Below are positions 1-11,197 of a stretch of 37,595 nt of DNA, piece after piece (positions within the stretch are counted from its first letter, which is position 1; each line of letters opens with the position of its first letter). The stretch is from Polymyxa betae A26-41 (lineage: Eukaryota > Protista > Endomyxa: Phytomyxea): assembly GCA_003693705.1 (NCBI GenBank), contig RBZT01000498.1, positions 1 through 37,595 of the forward strand, read 5' to 3'. The translations under genes were made by a program, and so were the position numbers. The notes below the pieces were generated by a model. The model was not told the origin of the DNA and made no database searches. It saw only the letters and a list, made by a program, of their open reading frames with translations.

Positions 1-585
1 CACACGCAGGGTGTAATAGCGGGCATATCGGTCTAAATGCAGCGATTGGTCTGCAAAGTCCTGCCAACAGTTCTTTCAATCTCTCAACCCTTGACCACAA
101 TCTGATGAATGCTCAGTCAAAGCAAGAAGTGGCAGTTGCCAAAACAGCGCTGCATCTTGCAAGACAGGGCCTGGTGTTTCGTGGACACGATGAGACTGCT
201 GACTCTTGAATCGGGGACACTTTCTCAAACTCTGGATTTCCTTATCCAGAATCAACAAGAATTGCAAAAGACTGTTAGAAATTTGACTCAACTTTCGCAT
301 TGCTTCCTTGAGCAGTTTGGCGTAGATATTCGGGAATCTCCGGGGTCAAGGTTTCGATGGAGCGTCTAAATGAAGGGGGAATTTGACGGACTGCAGGCTT
401 TAATTCGTTCAGAGTCTCCGACGGCATTTTATGTCCATTCTATCGCACACTGGATATACTTGGTTATTGTGGCCGTTGCAGCAGACATCCAGCCCATCGC
501 AGAGTTTTTCCATTTTGTCCAAGGGATATTCAATGTTTGTTGAGCTTCTTGTAAACAGCGTGAACGCATTACGAGAATCACAAGA
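1..585 (+). pseudogene. hAT transposase remnant (ZMYM1/DUF4371 type), frameshifted and internally deleted
   Basis: Manual translation across frames gives RQGLVFRGHDE (~163-195), LRGQGFDGAS-MKGEFDGLQALIRSESPTAFYVHSIAH (~338-450) and ASCK...LRESQE (~544-585). These are typical hAT/ZMYM1 motifs. Confidence 0.85.
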
Positions 586-589
586 GATA

Positions 590-1092
590 TGGGTCGCAAT
601 TGATGATTGAGATTTGTGCACTTGGCGCATCATCTAGATAATTTCGTTCGCTGTCTCCCGAGTCGTGTGCCCGCGATCTCGTTATAGGCCTTCCTTTTCA
701 TGCGTGCTCCTCGGTTGACGAAGCAGAATTAGGCGTGACAGTTTGTTGCAACGTTGAACGGTGACGGGTTGTCAGATTGGTTTCCACCTCATTCATCATA
801 CGAGCTTTCATATCTTCAAACATCTTCCGAATTGTTTCCATCATGGACACGTTCATCTTGTCAGCAAGGTCATGTCGCCAAATTTACTTCTGATCTAGGC
901 TTGCTCCGTCGGGATAGGTGCAAGTCGGTTCATCCTCGGGTTCAGTAGAGAGGGATTGTTCCCGTGCTTTTGGCGCTGCCAGCTTCTCGTCGGCCTCCTC
1001 CCGATCGGCTAGTTGTTGGTTTCGTTTGGGGGGGTTCGCTTTTGATTGGCGCCTACCCATGCTGATCGCCTCCGATTATAGACTTGGCGTAA
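590..1092 (-). mobile_element. Possible leader and gag N-terminus of a truncated LTR retrotransposon
   Basis: A minus-strand helical, low-complexity reading (DLADKMNVSMMETIRKMFEDMKARMMNEVE...) with a stop follows a ...TATCACA candidate LTR end near 1092. No diagnostic domain is visible. Confidence 0.3.
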
Positions 1093-1229
1093 TGTGATAG
1101 ACCGGCCGTAGGAAAAAGGGCTTTAGCCGAATCTCAGAGACCAGATGAAAGAGTCGATATCGAGTCGTTAAGATTCCAAGTCCCTAATAGAAAAACACCG
1201 CGTCCTAGCGGCTGTTTTGGATGAATGTT

Positions 1230-1668
1230 GTGCTTCCGAAAGTGCGAGATAAAACTATCACATTGAATTTTTTATTAAGAATACATTATATGAAGACGCG
1301 ATGAATGACGAATGAAGATTGAGGAGGACATTTGATGATAGCGCTATGACGAATCAAGATGTTGAAGACTTTGATGAATGATGATCAAATCGGATAAACG
1401 ATGCCGTTGATGACAAAATGATGAATATTTGAAGACGTGACGACGTCAGAGGAGAGCAGAGGCTGAGACTGGGAATGAAACCCTAAACCTTAGATGGTGA
1501 ACTTTGAAAGATGAACAAGATTTTGAGGAGGTGAGTGTAGCAACTCGCTGACATACACAAGAGCATACAAGTTGTACTACAAGTTTTCCAGCTAAGCAGT
1601 CAGTGCCAGTGCCCTAAGATCAGCGCCGCGGACTCCCGCGGACTCCGTGACGGCAATTGGGTCCTGGA
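1230..1668 (-). mobile_element. One terminus of an unclassified DNA transposon (TCCAG-N10-CCGTCACGGAGTCC end); inner boundary uncertain
   Basis: The reverse complement of 1640-1668 (tccaggacccaattgccgtcacggagtcc) matches 37119-37147 (tccagtccggttattccgtcacggagtcc) with identical spacing. Both copies have GAGTCCG repeats and a telobox about 180-190 bp inside. Confidence 0.55.
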
Positions 1669-1929
1669 CCTTTGCGATAGGAATACAGATTCATTATTGA
1701 TTTTACCTTCATTCTCGTGGATCTGATCGTATCCGCGGCTGCTTAGCAATACTAGATAGAAGTAGCAGTAGTCCGTATGGATTCGCGATCAAATTGTATC
1801 AGTGCCTTCGTCACGTCAGATTTTCTCTTTTGCATATACACCGAGATATATCTTGCAAGCTCATCAATAAATACGCCAACATATCTTGATTTAGTGCTGA
1901 TCGCAGGGCCCGGGAAAGGCCCGCAAACA
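1669..1929 (+). repeat. 3' portion of the 5' LTR of Gypsy-1
   Basis: AATAAA at ~1866, a GGGCC/GGCCC hairpin at ~1906-1922, and the terminus AAACA, which is the inverted complement of TGTTT at 8314. Confidence 0.55.
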
Positions 1930-2180
1930 TTAGAAAATTATTTTTGAATACGTTTTGTCGTTATGTTTGTTGAATCTTGTGAAATGAAAAACCGCCTCTG
2001 TTCGTTTTTCCAAGACCACAGCTTGAAGAAGGCGCTTCAGGGATGGATTATTCGATACAGAATTGAGCTCCCATTTATCAGCTTTTTTTATCGAATCATA
2101 GATTCCATGTTTGAGCCGCCCAAGCCAGCGCGAGATATTTGCTTTTGTTCGTGTGAATCATCGCTGACTCTGCCACATCT

Positions 2181-3502
2181 TTGATCCATGCAGTTAGCCC
2201 GCCTGCTTCGGCCGGCATCGCTGCAGCCAACGATCAATCCTCTCAGTTCATGCTCGATTACGGCGGAAGTTCCGATCGCGGTCGTCCCGACGTATTCGTT
2301 GACTCTGGCACATCTATGTTCCATGCAGTTAACCCGCCTGCTCCGGCCGGCATTGCTGTAGCCAGCGATCAATCTTCTCAGTTCATACTCATCCAGCAAC
2401 TGATGCAACAGCTTCAAGACGTTGGATTGGAAATGGCCGAGGAGTGCCGTTTCCAGGCCGAAGAACGCCGGTTGGTGGCCGAGGAACGCCGTCCGCAGTC
2501 TTTGTTGATGCAAAACCTTCTCTCTACTCGCCATGTTGTACAGTCTGAATCCTTGCCGCTAGATCCTGTTCTTCATAGCAACGATTTCCGGCAGCACGAT
2601 TTGGTGACGAATAGATCCTCTCCTATTCGTGCTGAAACCAAGAATTTCGATGTCTTTTTTAAGACCCATGTTCTTCCGAGCGCTCACCCAACCACCAAAA
2701 TGGCTGTCAGTGTCCCTGCTCCGTCTCCGCCTGCCGACGTTCGCGGCCTACCCAGGTTCAGCGACGATATCTCAGCCTCGGATTTCGTTCGGTATCTGGG
2801 ATCTGACCGCATGCGTACAACGGAGAATGTATTGCTCACTCACTGTCTCAAATTTATGGAGTTCGAGGAATCTTTCCATCGGCTCACGCATGGCATCGAC
2901 GATCGAGTCAGATGTGACGCCTTCCTGAAGTGTCTGGAGGTCCCGTTCGTACCAATGCTATTCAATCGGGAGATTCTGGTTACACTCCCTTGATGAATAA
3001 GCTCCGGTCGTGGTATCAGGATTCTCCCATTGTCGTTACGTCCCTCGCTACCGATTTGCGTTTGCAAATCTAGCGAGCTATTCCCGATAAGAAGGAAATT
3101 CTTCCTGATTATATTGAGCGCTTTCAGCAGCTCTGGCGTAGGGCCTCTGCTATGCCGAACAGATGTGAACTCTATGAAGACGCTGTCGCTCGATATTTCG
3201 TTGACTCTCTAGCTACTTTCGATCGAGAACTCTTTATCTCTTCGATTTCTGCCAACGCCAAGTCGTAATCGAGTCTGCATGCAACATTTCAGATTGTGTA
3301 CAAGCAAGCAGCGATTTTGTCGGATAGCCGCGACGTGTTGAAGCCAACATCTGCGGGCATGAAGAAGCCGGCAGTCACGAATACTCCTACTGCTCCGTCA
3401 ACTGCAACGGAATCGCAACCTCCTGCCGATCGCACTGCGCGCATTCCTAAGTGCCTCCACTGCCAATCTACTGACCATCCTGTACAGGCTTGTCAAACTT
3501 GA
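2181..3502 (+). pseudogene. gag: Gypsy-1 gag
   Basis: ORF 2181-2993 continues in broken frames and ends in a zinc-knuckle CLHCQSTDHPVQAC (CX2CX4HX4C). It resembles the Gypsy-2 gag (DVRGLPRFSDDIS vs NVADLPKFFESIS). Confidence 0.8.
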
Positions 3503-3639
3503 CCCCGAAACCGACTAAGAAACAGCTCGTAAAGGAGCTTCATGACCGGCTGCCATCTCGTCGAGTCAATCGGTTGAAGAATTCCCTTTGGAAGTTGACT
3601 TGAGACGTCGCAATCTTTCCGCCCCATGTAATTACGCCA

Positions 3640-3960
3640 TATTGATTAATTATGCTATATTGACTCGACTATGGCGCTGATACGTGTGTTATGTCGATTG
3701 AATGATTCAATCGGCTTGCGTTTGATGGCATTGTTTCGGCTAACGACCCACCTCCTTCTGAATTCCGTCGTATTTTCTTTGGCTCCAAGGAATTTCCGGT
3801 TGATATCTTTTCCCGTATTGTTGTCCCCGAGCTCATATTGACTACCTCTGTCGGCCATGTCCAACTGAATTCTGTAGCATTTTGGGTTGTTAACCATGCA
3901 CTGTCCGAGATTCTCATCAGCCGACCGGTGTTGTATCAGCTGGGTTTAAATCTGCAGTAT
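3640..3960 (+). pseudogene. Gypsy-1 aspartic protease
   Basis: LDYGADTCVMS (degenerate D-S/T-G-A-D motif) at ~3665 and EILISRPVLYQLG (ILGR-like motif) at ~3905. Confidence 0.7.
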
Positions 3961-4203
3961 CAGTGCCGTCAATTGTCGTCTGACCATCCGTCGTTTTGTA
4001 TCGTACATGAAGATGTTGAACCTCCTTATATTCGTCCCGTCGGCATTTCTATGGAAGATTTCGTCTGTTGTCATCCAACTGGTGTAGACATATCATCCGA
4101 TACCGAATCTGATGATGAGCCCGATTTTGAAGATCATATTGTGGAAGCACGCGAAGCGATCGTCAATGCTGCTGAGTTGTTAGACGATTTGGGATAAGGT
4201 CAA

Positions 4204-6329
4204 TTGAGGGATATGCTTACTGAGTTTGCTGAAGTCTTTCGCATCGGCCTGGGCAATAGTGCTCCAATGGATGTACAACCAATGGTGGTCGAGTTACTTC
4301 CCGGTGCCTCTTCGGTTCGCTGCGTCGCCGGGAGATATACCCCGATGGCCCGACAATACCTTATCGAGACTGCTAGTGCGTTGGAGAATAGCGGCTGTAT
4401 TTATCCGAATGCGGCTTCTCTCTTTGCCTCACGCGCCTATGCCATTTCGAAATCTTTGCAAGCAGGGAAGTTTCGCCTGACGGTGGATCTCCGTCGCGTC
4501 AATGCAATCACCCAGCCGTCTTGCTGGCCTGCGTTCGACATCGATGCGATCTCTACCCGTCTTGGTAATGCTCGCGTGTTTTCATCATTGGATGCCGACA
4601 AAGGGTATTGGCAATTGCCGCTGGCACCGGAGTCTCAAGCTATCTACTCAATAATGTTATCTCATGGTGTATACTCGTCGACTAGGTGCCTCCAAGGCTC
4701 GATCAATAGGACAGCCTGGTTTCAGGCTGCGATGCATTTCATCTTCGGCTCGCGGATTGCTACGAATCTTGAGATTAACATCGATGACCTTCTCGCTCAT
4801 TCCGTTGAAAACGATTCGCATTTCGCTCTTCTCCGACACATTTTCCTTCTCGCTCGCAAACATCGATTGCGATTCGCCCACCACAAGACTCGACTGTTTC
4901 TTCGCGAAACACGTTTTTGCGGATAGTTGAATTCTTCTGATGGGAGGATTTAAAATGACCTACGATTGACCTACGCACAACAATTGATCAACTCCGTCCG
5001 CAGTTTTTTTGACCTACAAATAGAACTTTCTGGAAAATGACCTAATTTTGACCTACTTTCCGGACATTTTACTGCGTCCTACACAATGACCTACCCTCAC
5101 CATTTTGACCTACAAATTGACCTACAAACCCTAAAACCTACCGCGTCCATGAATTAATTTGCAGATCGTTCCCTAAAAATGATTTTTTTAATTTTGGACT
5201 GGATTTCACTGGGTCGTTTACTTTCATTGTTATCAGGCGCTGTTGCGTTTGTTTATCATCCTTGTTATGTAATGTTTCAAATATTTTCGAGGCACCAATG
5301 TTAGAGCAGGACCCTATGACTGCACAATTTGTGAATCACGAGCTTTTCGAAGATCGAGTCTCTGATCGTTTGAGCATATGACAACTCTTTGACTGACTTT
5401 GAATTTCCGTGTTAGCGCCGTCAAACAGGTGCTCGAACAAAGCCGACTTCCATTGATTGACCGTTCAAGGGAACACGAACATGCCTGCGCCAGCCAAAAA
5501 ACAGTGCTTGGTGTCTACCCGAGTTCTGAGGTATGTACAAGGAACAGCAATTCCAATTGTCTTACCTGATCTCGACAGAAACCTATGATAGGATTTGCTT
5601 GAAAGACAGCGGATGTTTGACCCGCCTAACCTCAACATAAGTCTTCAATACATTCTTTTGTATGTGCTGTCTATCTTTCCTATACAAATAGTTTGAACTA
5701 CAAACAGCAGTATATATGCAAGCTTTTGTCGAGATTTTTAGTGTAAACCCAGCTATTAGGGTTTGTAGGTGAATTTGTAGGTCAAAATGGGGGCTGTAGG
5801 TCAATTTTAGGGCGCAGTAAAATGTCCGTAATGCAGGTCAAAATTAGGTCATTTTTATGAAAATAGAGCAACTAGTAGGTCATTTTCAACAAAATAGGTC
5901 AATTGGTAGGTCAAAAAGCTGCGCTCGGAGTTGATCAATAGTTGTGCCTAGGTCAATCGTAGGTCAATTAATAGCGGCCCTTCTGATGGTATTCGGCACG
6001 ACCCAGATCGTGTGAACGGTATTCTTGCCCTGCCTGAACCGTTAACTGCTTCCGATTTAATGCAGCTTTTGTGCTCTATCAACAGGATGCGATCATCAAT
6101 TATGAACTATAGTGATCTTGTTCATCCGTTACAGCAATTGTTAAATTCCTGCTTATCGCTTACAACACGCAGAACAACTCGGGAAGCTTCACGGATTCGC
6201 CTCACCGAGCTCTGGACAGAGAATCATCGTCAGGCGTGGTGTGCTATCAGCGACGCTCTTAATCATTCAGTCCAACTCTCACATCCGAAGCCTACCTGGA
6301 GTGTAATTTCTTTGCGATGCAAGCAATGA
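4204..6329 (+). pseudogene. Gypsy-1 reverse transcriptase, split by the insertion at 4943-5979
   Basis: FRLTVDLRRVN, LDADKGYWQL, INIDDLL. Removing the insert and one TSD copy restores FCG*LNSSDGIRHDPDRVNGI. Confidence 0.92.
4943..5979. mobile_element. Non-autonomous Mutator-like (MULE) DNA transposon
   Basis: 9-bp direct repeat CTTCTGATG at 4934-4942 and 5980-5988. Imperfect TIRs of about 190-220 bp start with GG and end with CC, and are built from TGACCTAC repeats. There is no intact ORF. Confidence 0.88.
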
Positions 6330-6730
6330 CGCTTGGGCTGTGGTCGTGACTCAAACGCCGTCCTACCAACTATCACTCGATATCGCTGCGCGTGACCATG
6401 AGCCGTTAACTTTCGTTACTTCCTCGTTTAAAGCATCGCGTTTGAGGTGGCCTACGGTTGAAAAGGAAGCCTACGGAATCGTTGAAGGTATTCATCGTCT
6501 TGATTATTTGCTCGTACGTGAAAGCGGATTCCATCTTTACACCGACCATCATAATCTCACCTATATATTCGATCCCAAAGGGAATGGTGTTACAAAGCGC
6601 GCTTCATTGGATCGCCTTTCTCGATGGGCTCTCCGTCTTAACTCCATTCCTAACTGTGTTTTGCACTGTATTGCTGGCGTCGACAATGTGTGGGCGGATC
6701 AGCTTACTCGATGGGCTCGGCCCAACGATG
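6300..6730 (+). pseudogene. Gypsy-1 RNase H
   Basis: CDAS, RWPTVEKEAYGIV, FHLYTDHHNLTYIF, IAGVDNVWADQLTRW. Confidence 0.9.
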
Positions 6731-6970
6731 TCAATTCTTCTCATTCTCTTGTCGTCCGCCGTACATCGTCGCTGCCTGCTGTTGACCCCATCCTTTCGGC
6801 TAATATCGATTGGCCGTCGCAGGAGTGTATCACTGCTTCTCAGTCAGCTTTTGCTTCTTTTCGACCGAGCAGTAACGCCGCAGATGCATGTGGTGTTTAT
6901 CGTGATTCGGCTGGTGCGATCTGGATTCCTGCAGAAGACGTTTCTCTTCGTACTCGACTGGTAATTTAGG

Positions 6971-8253
6971 GTGAGCCGGTCATCGTGGAGTCGTTTCTAC
7001 ACTCACTTCATCATACAGCGATTTGTTTGGACCGGCATGGACAAGGAGGTTGGCGATCTCATAAATCGTTGCACACATTGCCTCTCGTGCAAAGGGCCTT
7101 TTCGTGTACCCCGGCCATTCGGCGAAGCAACTCACACCCAGATCAGATTATCCACTTCGACTTATCTCTTTATTCGGAAGCCAGGACGTGCCGCAACACA
7201 CGATTATCGTTACGTGCTGGTTCTTATGGACCACCTCTCTACTTTTGTGCAGTTATGTCCTTCGTCACAAGCCACCTCCGACACTGTGGTCTCTTCCTTA
7301 TCTCAGTTGTGCAGCTCTTTCGGAATTCCATCAATCTGGGTTTCGGACTATGGATCACACTTCAAAAACACTGTCATGGCCGAGTTGGCGGATATGTTTC
7401 GCATTCGGAACCATTTCACTATGGCCGGCATGCATTTCCCTAATGGCACTATTGAGCGCCTGTGTCAAATCGTATCTGAAATGTTCCGATAATTATTTGC
7501 TTAATTAAAAATGGAACAGGATAGATGGCCCGAGCTCTTGCCCTTAGTTCAATTCGTTGCAAATCATTCTGTTCGCCCTAGCCTAAGCGAATTTGCGCCT
7601 ATTACTGTTTTTACAGGCCTTGCAGGCTCATCACCGCTTGATGCAGTTATTCCTTCCTTTATTCAAGGTCTGTCTGCAGACCGGTTGGACTGCACACGTA
7701 TTCGACAGCATTCTGAAAAGCTTTTCCCCTCGCTCTCCGAAATGCATAAAAAGGCCGCCGAATCTCGAAATCTGAGTGGTCGCCGTTCGCGCCGTAAACG
7801 AAATGCAATGCCGCCTAACTTTATAGAAGGCGATTTTGTTCTGTGGGGTCATCGCCAAGGCTCCAGTCTTTCTGCTTTATCGAAAGTTTCGGTTCGTTGG
7901 ATCGGCCCTTATCGGGTGTCGAAAGTGCTAAGCCCATGGCATTACCAGCTCGAACATCTTATTACCGGGGCTGTTATGAATCTCATTCTACTCGAATCAA
8001 ATTTTATTCTGATAGTTCACTGAATGTGACCGAGGAGTTACTCGAACATGTGTCCAATACTACCAGCTACGTCGTCGAGAAGCTGCTCGACTGTCGTAAG
8101 TTTGACGAGTTATGGAAAATACTTGTTCAGTGGTCTCCTTTTTCGATTATGGACAACTCGTGGGAGCCAGCCTCCGTTCTCCTGGAAGACATTCCAGCAT
8201 TGGTTATTGTGGATTTCAAGAATTCTGTCCTTGCGCAATTCATAAAGCCCTAG
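6971..8253 (+). pseudogene. Gypsy-1 integrase with GPY/F motif and C-terminal chromodomain
   Basis: CTHC zinc motif, LVLMDHLS, WVSDYGSHF, NGTIER, RWIGPYRV. Chromodomain YVVEKLLDCRK...ILVQWSPFSIMDNSWEP at ~8068-8220. Confidence 0.9.
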
Positions 8254-8537
8254 AATAAACAACCCCGTGGCCGGTTTTATTGGTCCGAGCCCGGTTTTCC
8301 TGAATGAGGAATCTGTTTTAAATGAGTCATCTAAGACGTAGAGTTGCTGTAAATCTGGGCATTAAGCCCCAGGATCGTTCTAAAAGAGGGGTCATATCAT
8401 AAAACGTCCCATTTTGGCCCATTTGGAAAGGGAAAAATATCCGGTTTTTGGCACGAGACCCCTCGAATCCCGAGAATCAGACTCTAGCCTTGAATACAAT
8501 CATTTTGATTCATGTTTAGCAAGGACCCTCGCTGGCG

Positions 8538-9447
8538 ATGTCTAGTTCTCAGCGTTCCGTAAAAAGGTGGATGTCGCTTTTCGAAATATCAGGAGACGTA
8601 GTTCCCGACGTTCCCAGACAGAAATCAGCACGATGGCCCGAAGAAGTTTACGTCTTCGCAAAGCAATTCGTCGAAGGCAACCCGCTCTTCTATATTCAGG
8701 AATTGCAGGAGCAGCTGTGCGAAACCATTCCAGACGTCGAAAACTCTTCGCCCACGATTTGTAGAGCTCTCCGCCACGATCTTAAACTGTCTAGGAAGGT
8801 TCTGGAGAAAAGAGTTCGAGATAGTGTCCCAATACATCTGAAAGAATATTTCTACGAACTCTCAGAACTGTATTCTTATCCCGGACAGCTCCTGTTTATC
8901 GATGAAACCAGTAAGGACGGCAGAGATTTTTGAGACGTTACGGCTGGTCGAGAATCAATACGCCAGCGATTGTACACCAGCCTTTCTCTCGTGGAAGGAG
9001 AGTCTCTGTTCTAGACTCTTTCGATACGTCCGGATTTTGTGCTTGGGAGTGCACAAAAGGCACCTTCACTAGGCAGAGATTTCATACCGCTTTCGTGAAG
9101 ACAATTGCACCCTTACTGCAGCCGTGGCCGCTCCCTCGATGTATTGTTATTCTGGATAGTGCTAGGATTCATATGTACAGGGAGCTGGAAGAGGTCGTTC
9201 ATGCATGCAGCGCCAGGATAGTTTATCTTCCCCCATATTCGCCCCAGTTGAACCCCATAGAAAAGGGTTCGGCTTGCTGAAACAATGGCTGAAAAGGAAC
9301 GCTGACCATGTCTTTCGAGAATGCCCGGAGCTGGTGCTCGACGTGGCCATGAAAGAATGCATCAGTTTAAAGAATTCGGGACGCGCCTTCTACGCTTCAT
9401 GTGGTTATGGAGACAGTGCATTAATTCAGGAATTTTTTGGTTTATAA
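8538..9447 (+). pseudogene. IS630/Tc1-type DDE transposase with 2 frameshifts
   Basis: HTH-like TICRALRHDLKLSRK, LLFIDETSKD, IVILDSARIH, YLPPYSPQLNPIEKGFGLLK across ORFs 8538-8933, 8930-9280 and 9205-9447. Confidence 0.92.
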
Positions 9448-10439
9448 AGAGTCTACAATTCGCTCTGACCTAAAATATTCGTCGTCCATGTGATCTACAT
9501 CATCGATGTCATGTTCTACATTCAGTGGAACGTTTGGTTCCCTTTCGTGGAAAATCTCTCTATCGAATAAAGGATACATCGGTAATCCAAGGAGTCTTCG
9601 TAAGGTCGGCAAATGTACAGAAAGCGTCCTTGGGTCAGAATTTTGCCATCGGATTGGCAGCTGTCCCCATTCGGCTTCAACAGGATCCTCTCCCTGCCGC
9701 TCTCTAAGGTTGTCGAGTCTCATGGCTTGCGAGATAGCCATGTTCCCGTCCGGAACATGTTCAATTGGATCGGGATTGACTTGGCGTGCAAGCTGCCTTG
9801 ACCAGACGTTCAAAGTTGTTGCTCCGACTCGGACGTTGGCGTCCGGATCGATCGGATTCCTCTGTATATGCTCGATTATCTCTTCCCGAGCTTCGGATAT
9901 TCTCCCTGCTGTGGCCCGGCGACGCCTTGAAAAATCGTGTTAGTCGTATTCGAGCGAGACTGTTGACGTGATTCGGGAATAAAAACGTGGATTGGAATCG
10001 TGACACTGCGGAGCTAGATGCTGCCGTCTGAGAGCATTGTTCCGAACTTCCGTTATCGTCGTAACGAAATTTCCTTCATTGAGCGCGACGAATCGTGATT
10101 GGGAGCTCTCGAGCAGCGGCTTGATCTTGATCGTCAAATCGGCCAAAATATTGCCAGCGAATGCAGGCGGCAGTCTGGATCGAAGGTGCTGCAAGATAAT
10201 TGGATGAAGCACAGCAAATCCCTGACTGAAATTGAAAGGGATTGACGAGGATTCGGCAGCTGCAATTCTATTGCGTCGTTGTTTGCTGTCGTCTCCTCGC
10301 CAAACCGTCAATGTTGCGATCAGCTCCTCCCTAGCACCGACTAGGGGCAACCTGGGGGCCGCCGAGAAACTGCCGCCCGGCGACCATGCTGCGGCGAATC
10401 CACGACAATGGCAGCAAGCGGCTGGCTGTCTTCCGACAT
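9442..10439 (-). pseudogene. Accessory ORF2 of the IS630/Tc1-like element, function unknown, frameshifted
   Basis: Collinear ORF pieces run MSEDSQPLAA... / 9940-10350 / ...RRATAGRISEAREEIIEHI... / 9442-9813, ending VHLPTLRRLLGLP...DIDDVDH. The gene lies wholly between the TIRs. Confidence 0.6.
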
Positions 10440-10730
10440 GACATTAATAAATAGATGGTTTGAGGTACTAATGGTCTTTATTTGAGGTAAATTACGATCT
10501 CGAACGTCAATACGAAACCGTTTGGCCCCTTCCAGAGGCAAAACTTGCTCAACCGCAGGATATAAGGGAACGCAGCCGGGATTTAGAAAAATGCGTGGCC
10601 GGATATAGATGCCACCTCCTTAGGACAGAAAATATGAAAAGCACAATGAACGTTTTATCGATTCCCGTCCTGACGACATTAATGCCCAGCGAATGGCTCA
10701 TCACCTATCCTTGTCACTTAAAGAGGGAGG

Positions 10731-10906
10731 TGTCGCCGGGAGCCGGCTGTGAGAAAGTTTCGGTTTTATATTTTAGTTACGATCGGCTGCGGACTTTCTG
10801 GTCCGCCCCGACTTATTACAGATCAGAGTCCTATCTCTCCTCGACCTTGTGTCTCGATTTTTATCTTTTCGTCGCGTTTATCGCTTTAAGCCCGTTGGGC
10901 ACCACA
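10731..10906 (+). repeat. Candidate 3' LTR of another retrotransposon, preceded by a polypurine tract
   Basis: AAAGAGGGAGG (10720-10730) is directly followed by TGT...ACA. There is patchy similarity to the Gypsy-2 LTR (19767-19970). Confidence 0.5.
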
Positions 10907-10926
10907 AAGGTGCCCATCAGCCGGGG

Positions 10927-11197
10927 TCAACGAATCGAAATGGGAACGTTGCCGAATTGATTCAACGTCATATGCTGCCATTGTGTATCGTCAATAATGA
11001 GATCACACTCGTCATGGGAGTAATCGGCGACTTCATCGAGCGATACGTTTTCAAACACCTCTGGAAGAGCAAACCAGTCCATATTGTCTTTATGCAAAAT
11101 CTCATAAAGGCCATGTTTAATCAAATATAGCCTACTCGATCGGAAAACCCTAGCGTGAGCATAAATCGATTTTTTGGGATAATTCAACCGGAACCTG
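10927..11197 (-). pseudogene. Unidentified ORF fragment interrupted by the piggyBac-like element
   Basis: Joining 16425-16450 to this ORF through one TTAG copy gives an open frame FLHSCLRTSNRFRLNYPKKSIYAHARVF... Confidence 0.4.

Larger units (their letters stand above)
1669..8354 (+). mobile_element. Ty3/Gypsy chromovirus-like LTR retrotransposon (Gypsy-1), degenerate, both LTRs truncated
   Basis: Domain order is gag-PR-RT-RH-IN-chromodomain. The 5' LTR ends ...AAACA (1929). A purine tract is followed by TGTTT... (8314), the start of the 3' LTR. Confidence 0.92.
8355..10689. mobile_element. IS630/Tc1-mariner-like DNA transposon with two convergent genes
   Basis: Perfect 11-bp inverted repeat CTGGGCATTAA (8355-8365) / TTAATGCCCAG (10679-10689). 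Further shared subterminal islands (CAGGA, ATAAAACGT, ATATCCGG, AATCCCG). No TSD is seen. Confidence 0.7.

Noticed and set aside
9442-10439. Fanzor/TnpB nuclease as cargo of the Tc1-like element
   Set aside because: No RuvC D-E-D motifs or CxxC zinc ribbon are visible, and there is no room for a downstream guide-RNA region because the stop overlaps the transposase stop.
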